From an uncultured Planctomycetota bacterium (lineage in GTDB: Bacteria > Planctomycetota > Planctomycetia > Isosphaerales > Isosphaeraceae): a stretch of DNA of 64,000 nt. This document shows positions 53,850 through 64,000 of this stretch, in pieces (position 1 is the first letter of the stretch; each line of letters begins with the position of its first letter). Position numbers and translations under genes: made by a program. The DNA is taken from contig CAWJTV010000012.1 in NCBI GenBank assembly GCA_963845755.1, positions 1 to 64,000 of the forward strand, written 5' to 3'. Under the pieces are notes generated by a model. That model saw only the letters and a list, made by a program, of their open reading frames with translations, made no database searches and was not told the DNA's origin.

Positions 53850-54850
53850 ATGACTGATAGAATCAATCGACTCGTGGACTCATTCGGACGTCCCCACAAC
53901 AACCTGCGGATCAGCGTGACGGACCGGTGCAACATCCGGTGCGTCTACTGCATGCCGGAGCAGGTCGAGTTCCTGCCTCGCACACAACTGCTGACCTTCG
54001 AGGAGATCGAACGATTCGTACGGATCGCCGTGACCCTGGGCATTGACAAGGTTCGGCTGACTGGCGGGGAGCCCCTGGTCCGGCGGCACCTGCCGATCCT
54101 CATCGAAAAGCTGGCCGCGATCCCGGGTATCAAGGACATCGGGCTGACCACCAACGGGATCCTGCTGGCACCGGTCGCCCGGACTTTGTGGGACGCCGGT
54201 CTGAGACGGATCAATGTGAGCCTGGACACGATGAACGCCGACAAATTCCAGGAGTTGACACGACGCACCGGTTTCGAGCAGGTCATTGAGGGGATCCTGG
54301 CGGCCAAGGAGACCGGCTTCGATCCGGTCAAGGTCAACGCCATAGCCATGCGCGGAGTTACCGAGGACGACGTCGTCCCCCTGGCTCAATTCTCGCGCAA
54401 GCAGGGTCTGGAGCTGCGTTTCATCGAATACATGCCCTTGGATGGCGGGCACCTGTGGGAGCGAGAAAAAGTCCTGTTCGCCGCGGAGATCCTCGAGTTA
54501 CTCGAGCGTGGAATCGGCCCGCTTCGACCCGTCGTCGATCAGGATCCCCGCGCACGGCGCTGGATTACGACTGGGTCGATGGGGGAGGACGGATCGGCTT
54601 TATCGCCTCGGTGAGCCGGCCATTCTGCCTGAGCTGCAACCGGATCCGGCTGACCTCCGACGGCAAGCTTCGGAATTGCCTGTTCGCGCTGGATGAGACG
54701 GACATTCGCGGATTGCTCCGCGGCGATGCCAGCGAGGCGGAGATTGTTCAGGCGATTCGCGACAGCGTCGCCGCGAAATGGGAAGGTCACGAGATCAATA
54801 CCGCCCGCTTCATCCAGCCCGAGCGGATCATGCACTCGATCGGCGGATAA
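53850..54850 (+). CDS. moaA: GTP 3',8-cyclase (frameshift near 54555)
   Basis: LRISVTDRCNIRCVYCM; RLTGGEP; FCLSCNRIRLTSDGKLRNCLF; C-terminal IGG. Confidence 0.93.
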
Positions 54851-54886
54851 CGCCCCAAGGAGCGTTCGGTTCAATCGAAAGCCTCA

Positions 54887-55180
54887 TCAGACACCGGCTG
54901 GCTCGACGGGAGCCCATGGCGCGCGAGCCAGGCGTCGCGAAGGATCAGGACGCAGACCAGAAACAACCCCGTCCCCGCGCCCATCAGAAGACCGCAGACC
55001 ACGCCCAGCCCGAATCCGAATTCGGTCGGGTTGAACCGGAGCGGCGCGTCCCGGTGAATGGAGCCAGCGTACGAATGAGGGGGCGAAACGGCCGACCGCC
55101 GCGCCGACGATCCCGCCAGCCGCGCCCGAACTCAGAGTACATGTCATCACGGCCACGATGGCCTGCGGCAGTCGAATCAT
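54887..55180 (-). CDS. Small putative membrane protein (3' end uncertain, likely frameshifted)
   Basis: AGGAGA SD; hydrophobic Gly-rich N-terminus MIRLPQAIVAVMTCTLSSGAAGGIVGAAVG. Confidence 0.4.
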   Translation of the reverse strand: MIRLPQAIVAVMTCTLSSGAAGGIVGAAVGRFAPSFVRWLHSPGRAAPVQPDRIRIRAGRGLRSSDGRGDGVVSGLRPDPSRRLARAPWAPVEPAGV

Positions 55181-55230
55181 CGAGGTCTCCTTCCTGTGAG
55201 ATCATCGCCGTGGGATCGTATCGATTCACG

Positions 55231-56378
55231 TCATCCGACTGTCTTGGCCGTAAACTCCCGCTGACGAACCTGATAACGACGGACTTTCGCAGGGTTGACC
55301 AGGACTCCCAGACCTGGTCGGGTCGGGACGCTGATCATTCCCGGTGCCGCCATGTCGATCATCGGGACAGTGTAATCATCCACGAACCAGCGGGTGCTGG
55401 GCTCGATGTCGCTGGGATACTTGCAGTTGGCCAGCGTGGCCAGGTGGATGCCGTGAGCCTGGCCGATCCCCAGTTCGGGCATGGTGCCGACCCAGCAGGC
55501 GACCTCCTGTTGATGGCAGAGGTTGTGAATCGCCAGCGCTGGGCCCAGTCCACCGACTCGCTGGATCTTCAAGTTGACGATCCGGCAAGCGCCCCGCTCG
55601 ATAGCCAGGGCGGTCCGTGCGAGGCTCTCGGCAGTCTCGTCCAGACAGACAGGCGTATTCACCGCGCGCTGCAACGCGGCCATCCCATCGAGGTCGTCAA
55701 CGCCCATCGGCTGTTCCAGCATCAGCAAGTCGTACTGGTCGAGTTCGCGGAAGATGTCGATATCGTCCGCCGTGTAAGCCGCATTGGCGTCGACCATGAG
55801 CTCGACGTCGCCGAAGTGTTGCCGGACGGCGTGGACCAAGTCCAGGTCCTCGCCCGGACGAATCTTGATCTTGACCCTCCGGTACCCGGCCTCGAGGTGG
55901 GCCTCGATCGTCTTGATCAGCTCGACGATGCTCGGATAGAGTCCGACGGCCAGGCCGGACTCGATTCCGAGGTCGATCCGCAAATCGGGGGCGCCGAGGA
56001 GCTCGGCGATCGTGGCATGGCGGGCCTGACCGAGCAGGTCCCAGAGAGCCGTCTCCGCGCCGGCCACGGCGAATCGGCCCGCATTCCAGGAGTTTGCGAT
56101 CGCATCGATGTCTTCGATGGCCGCGACGGTCTGACCCAGCAGAGCGGCGCGATCCTGGTCGTCAGCGCGTCCCAGCAGGTTTCCGGCGTGTCGCAGGGAT
56201 ATCCGAATGTTGCGGCCATGGGCGAGCTCTCGCCGAGCCCGATCGCCGTCTTGGTCTCGAGCGCGACCAGAATGGCGTCCTTGATGGCCACCTCTCCACC
56301 CGAGATCCGGAACGGTTCCTTGAGCGGGATCTGGATGTGGGTCAGGACGACCCTCTCGATGGGATCCGTGGTCGTCAT
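55231..56378 (-). CDS. Enolase-superfamily o-succinylbenzoate synthase / N-acylamino acid racemase-like protein (frameshift near 56145)
   Basis: IPLKEPFRISGG; RVKIKI; MVDANAAY; LEQP; CLDE; NLKIQRVGGL; PSDIEPS. No other men genes nearby, so the substrate is uncertain. Confidence 0.85.
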
Positions 56379-56603
56379 CGGCAACTCCTCGATCCGGTGA
56401 GTTTCGAACCCATCGCGGCTGCACCGGTCCGGCGGGGTCTCCGCGGATCCGGATGATCGAACGTTCGGCCGCGATGCGGAGTGGAGTACACAAAGCCTGA
56501 CTTGTCAGACGCTTGAAACTCGGGTGCTTGCCTCAGCCGTCTCGGTCCGATAGAGTAAGTGGGCTTCCGGACCCTCCAAGCTGACTGCTCATTCGGGTAC
56601 CCT

Positions 56604-57029
56604 ATGAGTGTAACGAAACCAAAAACACCTTGGTATCGAGACGGCCTGGCTTTTAGTTGCACGCGCTGCGGCGATTGTTGCACCGGAGCCCCGGGCTATG
56701 TTTGGGTCTCGGCCGAAGAGATTCAGCAACTCGCGGAGTTTCGCGGCGAGACGGTCGAGGAGTTCTCCGCGCGCTTCGTCCGACTGGTGAGTGATCGGTT
56801 CAGCCTGATTGAGAAGCCGGGAGGGGATTGCATCTTCTGGGACAAGCAGGCCGGCTGCACGGTGTATCCCGCGCGCCCGTCTCAATGCCGATCCTGGCCG
56901 TTCTGGCCGGAGAACATCGAGACCCCCCAGGACTGGGAGAGCGTGCGAGCGGTCTGTCCGGGGTCGGGCCGAGGCCGCGTGTACTCGTTATCCGAGATCC
57001 AATCCTCCATGGCTGTAATCCGAAAATGA
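56604..57029 (+). CDS. YkgJ family (CxxCxxCC) cysteine-cluster protein
   Basis: FSCTRCGDCC; CIF; CTVYPARPSQCRSWPFW. Confidence 0.9.
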   Translation: MSVTKPKTPWYRDGLAFSCTRCGDCCTGAPGYVWVSAEEIQQLAEFRGETVEEFSARFVRLVSDRFSLIEKPGGDCIFWDKQAGCTVYPARPSQCRSWPFWPENIETPQDWESVRAVCPGSGRGRVYSLSEIQSSMAVIRK

Positions 57030-57526
57030 TTGCCGAAGCAAACTTGTGCGTCGCCGACGATCCCTGCGACGGGTCTGAATTCCTGAGCGAACTTCGAGCC
57101 CTCTACGATCAGCTCGACGCGGAGGTCGCCCGCCTCGGGCCGATCTGTCAACTCAGCGGCCGGTGTTGTCGTTTCGGCGAATACGGACATACCCTCTTCG
57201 TTTCGGCGATTGAGGTCGCATTCCTGCTGGACGGGGCACCACAACCTCGAGGTCCACTCGATCGAGGGGACACGTGCCCCTGGCAGGATTCCCAGGGCCG
57301 TTGCGTGGCGCGGGAAGCTCGCCCGCTGGGTTGCCGCGTGTACTACTGTGATCCGGCCTACTTGCCCGCGGCGTCGGAACTCTCGGAGCGCTTCATCTCT
57401 CGGCTCAAGAGTCTCTCCGATCGCCATGGACTTCCCTGGAACTATGCTCCCCTCCATCGCCATCTTCACGAACAACGCGACGGTGGGCGCCTGGCCATCG
57501 ACCTTGCGATCGCCGGCCCAGTCTGA
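57026..57526 (+). CDS. YkgJ-like cysteine-cluster protein
   Basis: CQLSGRCC; CPW; CVAREARPLGCRVYYC. ATGA overlap with the previous gene. Confidence 0.75.
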   Translation: MIAEANLCVADDPCDGSEFLSELRALYDQLDAEVARLGPICQLSGRCCRFGEYGHTLFVSAIEVAFLLDGAPQPRGPLDRGDTCPWQDSQGRCVAREARPLGCRVYYCDPAYLPAASELSERFISRLKSLSDRHGLPWNYAPLHRHLHEQRDGGRLAIDLAIAGPV

Positions 57527-57665
57527 TCGGCTGCACGGCGGCCCGACGCGGTCGGTGAAGAACCTATAAAAACCGCAACTATCTTGACTCTACTCTAAGC
57601 TACCAATACACTTGAGCCATTTGCCGCCCAATACGGCTCGACTACGCCCCGCGGAGGTCGCCACC

Positions 57666-58049
57666 GTGACCAAGAAAGAGATTGTGAAGAAGATTTCCGA
57701 GGACATCAATCTCACCCAGCTCAAGACGAAAGACATCGTCCAGCGGACCCTCGACGCGATCATCCAGACGTTGGTCTCGGAGGGCCGGATCGAGCTCCGG
57801 AATTTCGGCGTCTTCGAAGTCAAACAACGTGCCCCGCGCAAGGCGCGCAATCCACGAACGGGGGACAAGGTCTATGTTCCCTCGAAGAACGTCGTGACCT
57901 TCAAGCCGGGCAAAGAAATGGAAGAATTGGTTCGAAAGATGGATCCGACAAAGCTTCCGATGGAGGAAGACGACGCGGATGCCGATGAAGATAACGACGG
58001 GCCCGTCGAGCCGGTTGCGGAACCGCAGACCAGATCGACGGCCGATTGA
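57666..58049 (+). CDS. HU/IHF family DNA-binding protein with an acidic tail
   Basis: [48 protein letters not shown]. Confidence 0.93.
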   Translation: MTKKEIVKKISEDINLTQLKTKDIVQRTLDAIIQTLVSEGRIELRNFGVFEVKQRAPRKARNPRTGDKVYVPSKNVVTFKPGKEMEELVRKMDPTKLPMEEDDADADEDNDGPVEPVAEPQTRSTAD

Positions 58050-58306
58050 GCCAGGACCAGGAATTCCCTTCGGGTCCAGTGGCGGCTTGGCGCAGGATTG
58101 CTGCCGGGGTCGCAGGTAATGACCTGGGGGATCAGGGATCGCGCCCGGAATCACGTCTCCGGCGGACGGCACGCGCCGAACCACGGCGATCGGAATTCGG
58201 CTCGGGGCCGGGTTGTAGCCCCGGCCACAATTCTCTCGGTCGGGACCGTGCAAGGATGGCACGGAGCGACGGATCGAGGGAGCCAGCAAGACGGGAGGAG
58301 CCCGAA

Positions 58307-58540
58307 ATGCGGAAACTGTGCGCGGCCATGGCGATCACGGTCGCATCCCTCGCTCTGTTCGAGGGATGTGCGCCGGTCCCCTTGCCGCACTACGCGGCGT
58401 ACAAGCCAAGGCGAGTGGAAGAATTGCTCGTAGACTCGGAAAACCTGCGCCAGGCCGGCGACGAATGGGAGCGATTCTGGCTGCTCGATCAGCCCTCGCA
58501 CCTGACACCGTTCCGGACCCACGGCGGCGTGGGGCCCTGA
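58307..58540 (+). CDS. Small putative lipoprotein
   Basis: GGAGGAG SD; signal peptide ending LFEGC; SENLRQAGDEWERFWLLDQPSHLTPFRTHGG. Confidence 0.7.
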   Translation: MRKLCAAMAITVASLALFEGCAPVPLPHYAAYKPRRVEELLVDSENLRQAGDEWERFWLLDQPSHLTPFRTHGGVGP

Positions 58541-58763
58541 TCGTCAGATTCCCTGCAATGGGCTGACCGCCAGGGAGTTGGGTCCGCGAATCTCGCCTAT
58601 TCCAGGGGTTGAGATCGCGAATCGAGTCATAGTGACGACGAATGGACAGGCCGGCGGAGCGATCAGCGCTCCGAACCGGCCTTCTTGTCGTCTCGTGCTT
58701 GACCTCGAACTGCGGGTTCTCGTCGAGGACCACTTCGCGTAACGATCGGCGCAAGCCGTCCCC

Positions 58764-59676
58764 TCAGGGGCTGAGATAACTATCGAAGAACGCGCTTACT
58801 GTCTTCACATAGCCTTCGGGATTACTCATGTAGGCCTGGACGTGCTCCACGCCCGGTAAGGTCAGCGTTCGGCACGAACCACCGACCGTATGGGCGAGCT
58901 CATAGGCCTGGCTGACCGGGACCGTCGTGTCGGACTCGCCGTGGATCAGCAGGAGTGGCCGAGCTCCCCAATCCCGGGCGAAACGGATCGGGATCAAGTC
59001 GTCGGTTTCGAACGCCGTAGATCACGCGAGCCGCCAGAAGGATGCCCGGGTTGAACCATCGGGGTAAGCCGCTGTGCTTGCTCAGTTGCGTCTCCAATAG
59101 TTTTGGCAGATCGGCGTAGGGGCTGTCGATGACCGCGACCTGGATTCCCGGATTTCGGGCCGCTTCCATCAGCAGGGTCGAACCCCCCATCGAATACCCG
59201 AGCCATCCGATCCGGTCATCGGAAAAGCCGAACGATTCCGCCCAGTCCATCACGGCTCGAAGATCCGCGCGCTCCCGACGTCCCAGGTAGAGTCGAGACG
59301 GGTCGCTCTCTCCGTGCCCTCTGAGGTCGAATAGCAGCACGTCGAATCCCCGGCGATGCAGATCGCGTCCTAACCCGGCCATCTCCAGCCAGGAACTCCA
59401 CATCCCATGGACCAGTACGATCAAGTGTCGCCTCTCCTCCGTGGGAAGATACCACCCGCGCAACGTGAGGCCGTCCGCGGTCTGAGTCGACCAGGATCGG
59501 ACGTCGTTGCTGATTTCTCGGGGATCGACCATCAATCGATGGTTCGTGGGACGCGTCAGCCGTTCTGCGGTAAACAGCGAAATCCCCACGTACACCATGG
59601 CGAGCAGCACGACTGGAATCCCGATGATCCAGAGGGTCTTGCATCCGATACGTCGCTTTCTTTCGTTCGGCTCCAT
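58764..59676 (-). CDS. Membrane-anchored alpha/beta hydrolase (frameshift near 59000)
   Basis: N-terminal TM; DLRGHGES; GYSMGG; IHGESDTTVP; GVEH. Confidence 0.88.
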
Positions 59677-60095
59677 CGGCACGACCTCCTTGGCTGAATC
59701 CGGACGGAACCTGGGGGCTCCTGGCCTGGTTTATTGTAACTCAGACGCTCGCCCTCAGGCGGCATCGGAGTGAAAAAAGTTCGTATGTCCCTGCTGAATT
59801 GTGGCTTACACGACCGAATCGGATACAGTCCGGCGGTCTATTCAAAGTGCATCCTGTTCGTGCCGATGATCCGGTCGATTGTCCACCGGCTCCTCGCTGG
59901 TGTCAGAGAGGCGAACTACTAGCTTGCTGCGCACCGGCAACCTGGGCAGAATCTCTGTTCGGCGGGAACGAACGCACTGGCGTCGTTGGCCCAGGTGCGA
60001 AGACCTCTCGGGAATTCCGACAGTTCGGGCGACTGACTTCGGACAGGAAATCCCTTAGAAGAATCTAATATGCATTCCACAAAGGACTTATGAAC

Positions 60096-61142
60096 ATGGT
60101 CGGTATCGGGATCGTTGGCATTGGTTTCATGGGCATGATTCACTATTTGGCGTCACGCCGCGTGCCCGGCGCCCAGGTTGTGGCCCTTTGCAGCCGCGAT
60201 CCGAAGAAGCTCGCAGGGGACTGGACGAGCATTCAGGGGAATTTCGGTCCGCGCGGTACCCAGATGGACCTGTCTGGTTTGGCTCTGTACGACGATTATG
60301 CCGATATGCTTGCGGATCCTCAGATCCACCTGGTTCGACCTTTGCGTGCCGAACGACTTGCACGGTCGCCTGGCCGTTCAGGCATTGGACGCGGGGAAGC
60401 CCGTTCTGGTCGAAAAGCCGATCGCTTTGACGACCGAGGAGGCTGACGCCATGGTGAGGGCCGCGACTGATGCTGGAAAACTGCTGATGGTGGGTCACGT
60501 GCTCCCATTCGTTCCTGAGTTCGCTTTCGCCTGGGATGCGGTTCAATCCGGACGCTACGGCGCGCTTGCGCGGCTCATTTCCGTCGTGTGATCTCGAAGC
60601 CCGACTGGTCGAACGAAGTAGCCGATCAGACCAAGAGCGGTGGCCCAGCCATCGAACTTCATATCCACGACACCCATTTCGTCAGCCTGCTTTGTGGGAT
60701 TCCGCACGCCGTTTACTCACGCGGGGTCGTTGATCGAGGCGTCGTCGTGCACCTAACGACCCAATATCTCTATGACACGCCCAATCTGGCCGTCTCCTGC
60801 GTCTCCGGAGCGTTGAGCCAAAATGGCCGCCCCTTCACCCACGGGTTCGAGATCTACCTGGATGAGGCGACCCTCGCCTTCGAGTTTGCCAATCTCGGCG
60901 GCCAAGGGCACGTGGCGACGCCGCTCTCGGTCATCAAGCCGAATGGGACAGTCGATCGGCCCGAATTAGGATCGGGCGATCCGGTTGACGGGTTTGTGCT
61001 AGAGCTGACGGCCGCGACGGAAGCCGTGGCCTTGAATCGGCCGTCGCGTCCGCTCTCGGCAGAACTCGCCCGGCAGGCCCTTCGACTCTGCCTGGCGGAA
61101 ATCGAGAGCGTCGAGACGGGCCGTGCGGTCGAGGTGGCCTGA
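60096..61142 (+). CDS. Gfo/Idh/MocA family oxidoreductase (frameshifts near 60335 and 60570)
   Basis: IGIVGIGFMG; VLVEKP; LMVGHV; GGPAIELHIHDTH. Confidence 0.88.
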
Positions 61143-61224
61143 TAGGCCGTTGAAGACTCGACACCACGCAACTAATATATCTTTTTATAATAGATATAAT
61201 TTCTTATAAGTTAGGACTTTGCGT

Positions 61225-61548
61225 TCATTGATCTTTTTCTTGGAGCAGCCGACGAACGCGGTCCATCTCCTGGTCGTTCAACTCGCCCTCCGCATGGGCC
61301 TGCTCGAACGATTCGAGCAAGTCGATCGGGGAATCGGGTTCCTCTTCTTCGTGGATCTCTTGCCAGACACGGTAAGCATGGATTAATAGCATCATCGACA
61401 CGATGCTCAGCAGCAACAGGCCGACATAGTAGGCCGCCCCACCTAAAACGACCGCAGTCAAACCAGCGAGCTCGGTGCAAGCCGTTCGGCTCCAGAAGTC
61501 CATGGTTAAGTCATCCTGGCCGCTGGGCCATCTCTCGTTGACGATCAA
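61225..61548 (-). CDS. Small membrane protein with a SHOCT-like C-terminus (start uncertain)
   Basis: Two hydrophobic segments, then LLESFEQAHAEGELNDQEMDRVR. Confidence 0.55.
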   Translation of the reverse strand: MIVNERWPSGQDDLTMDFWSRTACTELAGLTAVVLGGAAYYVGLLLLSIVSMMLLIHAYRVWQEIHEEEEPDSPIDLLESFEQAHAEGELNDQEMDRVRRLLQEKDQ

Positions 61549-61973
61549 ACCGAGTGGTCATTGTGAACGCACGAACAGATCTATCTCAGGTCGAATTCGA
61601 TCCTTCGTTTAGATCCTTCGTCCAAGAGCCGTTTCGATCATCGGGATCGCTGGTCTAACTCTGCCGGGCCTTTGAAGATATCGCGTTTTTCTCGCTTCTG
61701 ACTTGTCGAATGGCTTATCCTGATTATGATTAAGAGTTTAGCCGGAGCGACATGAAGTGGGAATGCCGTTGAGTTTTCTCTTGGGTCGCGAATGCCGGCG
61801 ATCCGAATTCTCGTGAATGTACAGACATCGACGGCGAGGTCAGGCCAGCCGACCCACAAATGACGCCGGTTTCCGGTTCACTCGGCCCAAGGCCGACACT
61901 CGTACGGAGTTTCAGCCGTATCGCCCAGTCACGCGTTCGATCTCGATTCCCAAGTCGGGGAGAGGTGAGTCAC

Positions 61974-62567
61974 ATGCTACGGCACCTCGTTCGATTAGTA
62001 AGTGCGATGTTCGCACTGATGGTTTGTCTGTCGGGTTTCTCCGGCCGGGCCAACGCTCAGGCACTCGGGGCAGGCGGCGCCGACGTGTCAGATCCGTTCG
62101 CATTCTATTACGCGATCTACTTGCCAAATCAGCAGTTGCAGGCAATGCGTCCTCGGCCCTTGGACGCAGTCAACAATGCCATGGTTTCCCGGCAATACTT
62201 CGCACAGACGCAGCGGCGATCGCTCTACAACCCGATCTCCCCGTACGCGGATACATACGATCCCCTCCGTCCTTACTCGCAGCAGGGACAGGAACGCGTA
62301 GCCGCACCGTTCCGGTTCGCCCATGACCCCTCCAATACCAATGGGGAAGGCCCTTCCCTCTACTACAACCGCGTGGCACAATACTTCCCCGACCTCGCGA
62401 CACGACAAGGGCGTCGGCCGAATGCGAATACCGCCAGCACCCGGCGTGGGGCACGAGGGGGTCGAGGGGGCGGAATGGGTGGAATGGGCGGAGGTATGGG
62501 TGGAATGGGCGGAGGTATGGGTGGAATGGGCGGAGGTGGAATGGGTATGGGAATGGGGATGTTTTGA
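61974..62567 (+). CDS. Secreted hypothetical protein with a Gly/Met-rich tail
   Basis: GAGG SD; signal peptide ending ANA|Q; Tyr/Pro-rich core; C-terminal GGMGGMGGG repeats. Confidence 0.75.
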   Translation: MLRHLVRLVSAMFALMVCLSGFSGRANAQALGAGGADVSDPFAFYYAIYLPNQQLQAMRPRPLDAVNNAMVSRQYFAQTQRRSLYNPISPYADTYDPLRPYSQQGQERVAAPFRFAHDPSNTNGEGPSLYYNRVAQYFPDLATRQGRRPNANTASTRRGARGGRGGGMGGMGGGMGGMGGGMGGMGGGGMGMGMGMF

Positions 62568-62754
62568 TTCACGACGTCTCGTCCCCACCCATGCGTCCTT
62601 TTCGCCCCGGGGCGATGGTTGGACCGAATCGACCCAATTCCGTCCGACCATCGAGTTGTCCTCCCCGGATTGCGACGTTTCGAGGCTCCTCGGAAGCATG
62701 ACGATCCGTCGAGGAATTGGCCACACGTAGATTGAGTCATGTTAGGGAGCGGCC

Positions 62755-63258
62755 ATGTCCAGGGGTCCTGAGCAGCTGCGGCTGTCACCTGATGAACGGG
62801 CCGATCTCGTCGCGTATGTCGATGGCGAACTTCCGGAAGGCGTCTCTCGCTCTCTCTCGACCAAACTGACCCACAGTGGAACGGGTCGTTTGGAAGTGGA
62901 GATGTTGAAGAAGACCTGGGAATTGCTGGGATACCTCCCCCTTCCCGCGGCCCCACCCGATTTTGCGGACCGGACCGTTACGGAGATCCGGCGACGTGAA
63001 ACCAGATCGCCGGCCTGGGATCCCCGGGTCAAGACCTGGACGGCGCGGACAGGTTATGTCGTGGCGTACCTGGTGCTGGCGGTTCTGGGCCTTGGTCTGG
63101 GGTATGTCGGTACTCGTTGGTTCTGGCCGGATCCGTCGGCACGCCTGAATCGCGACCTCACGTTGGCCGAGCATCTCGACGAGTACCTGGAGGCTGGCTC
63201 GTTCGACTTCTTGAGACAACTCGTCGATTCGCGCGAATTCAGCGCAGATGCTCATTGA
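62755..63258 (+). CDS. Anti-sigma-factor-like membrane protein
   Basis: ADLVAYVDGEL..LKKTWELLGYLP; single TM; GGGAG SD. Confidence 0.7.
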   Translation: MSRGPEQLRLSPDERADLVAYVDGELPEGVSRSLSTKLTHSGTGRLEVEMLKKTWELLGYLPLPAAPPDFADRTVTEIRRRETRSPAWDPRVKTWTARTGYVVAYLVLAVLGLGLGYVGTRWFWPDPSARLNRDLTLAEHLDEYLEAGSFDFLRQLVDSREFSADAH

Positions 63259-63335
63259 CTCTCGTCCCGGACCCGACCCAATTCGGACTGGTCTCCGTTG
63301 ATGCCCCACGAAATGCCTGTCATTGACTCAACCCG

Positions 63336-64000
63336 ATGATCCTCGACAAGAAGCGTCACTCGATTCAAACCTGGGGGATGGTGAGCGTTTCGGCTCTCGC
63401 CCTGGTCCTGGTGGCGGCGGTATCCAACACCGACGTGAACTGGGCGCGGATTCGAGAGTTGCCGCCGGTACAGCGCGCCCAACTTCTCCAGAATCTGCGC
63501 AAGTTTGATCTGGAGTTGACGCCGGACAAACAGGCGACGATTCGCGAACTGGACCGTCGGATCACGGAACTCCCACCCGCAGAGCAGACTCGATACTTCT
63601 GGGTGCTCCGCCGCTATCACGATTGGCTCAACAGCCTTCCCGAGAATCGGCAAGGGGAATTGCTCGGCCAATCGCCGGACGAACGGATGGTGACGATTCG
63701 AAAGCTGGTCAGTGATCATCCCTTACCATCCTCCGGTACTCCGCGATTCCTGCAGATCGCCGAGGTGGGCGAGTTCTCGCCGTTCGAGTTAGCATCGGCC
63801 TTCAGAATCTGGCAGATGTTGACCGCGGAACAACGTAAGCTTGTCGAGCATAAGCCCCAGGAAAGCGGACGACGCGAGATGTTGTTCGAGTTTGGCAGAG
63901 AGCTGGAGAAGCCGATCCCGCGTGAGACCCGGCCGCCAGACTACGACCAGGAGAAATGGGTCGGCCTCTTGGAGAAACAGGGAATTCTCATCCGGCAGGC
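63336..64000 (+). CDS. Hypothetical exported helical protein, runs off the window end
   Basis: Open frame from ATG 63336 (MILDKKRH..VSALALVLVAAV..WARIRELPPVQRAQLLQNLRKF) with no stop seen before the window end. Confidence 0.65.
   Translation, partial: MILDKKRHSIQTWGMVSVSALALVLVAAVSNTDVNWARIRELPPVQRAQLLQNLRKFDLELTPDKQATIRELDRRITELPPAEQTRYFWVLRRYHDWLNSLPENRQGELLGQSPDERMVTIRKLVSDHPLPSSGTPRFLQIAEVGEFSPFELASAFRIWQMLTAEQRKLVEHKPQESGRREMLFEFGRELEKPIPRETRPPDYDQEKWVGLLEKQGILIRQ

Noticed and set aside
59930..60000. Possible riboswitch or ncRNA upstream of the oxidoreductase
   Set aside because: Only an 8-bp stem (ACCTGGGC/GCCCAGGT) and no recognisable family motif; an Rfam/Infernal search would be needed.

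Overview
GC-rich bacterial DNA with a gene content typical of Planctomycetota, probably Isosphaeraceae-like (DUF1501, DUF1549/DUF1553, DUF1559, DUF1800, an ECF sigma factor with a long extension, a Ser/Thr kinase-WD40 protein). The lineage is inferred from gene families only. Many otherwise intact genes, including housekeeping genes, carry 1-nt indels. I read these mostly as long-read consensus errors and give reconstructed gene spans. Layout: (1) 1-9.5 kb is an accessory, defence-like island with a UPF0175/DUF3368 TA-like pair, an XRE-IrrE/ImmA peptidase plus PIN gene, a divergent LRR-Roc-COR-TIR (Roco) gene, and an IS4 inserted into a REP hairpin. (2) 9.6-22 kb holds an ECF-DUF1559 fusion, a secreted protein, a diverged tandem duplication of DUF1800-DUF1501 and a kinase-WD40 gene. 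(3) 22.2-25.3 kb is a palindromic nested IS: two inverted IS630 3' halves around an intact transposase element. (4) 26-43 kb holds hemE/hemG, LOG, peptidases and a DUF1501/DUF1553 cluster. (5) 43.5-50.9 kb is the strongest candidate for an undescribed system: a group 1h-type [NiFe]-hydrogenase (hhySL) sitting between a response regulator plus REC-PAS-GGDEF-EAL gene and a tightly linked PAS histidine kinase, with no maturation genes in the window. This suggests H2 sensing coupled to c-di-GMP. (6) 51-64 kb holds Mo-cofactor genes (including a MocA-MoaD fusion with a capped GG), an enolase-superfamily gene, HU/IHF and planctomycete hypotheticals. No rRNA, tRNA or CRISPR array was recognised.
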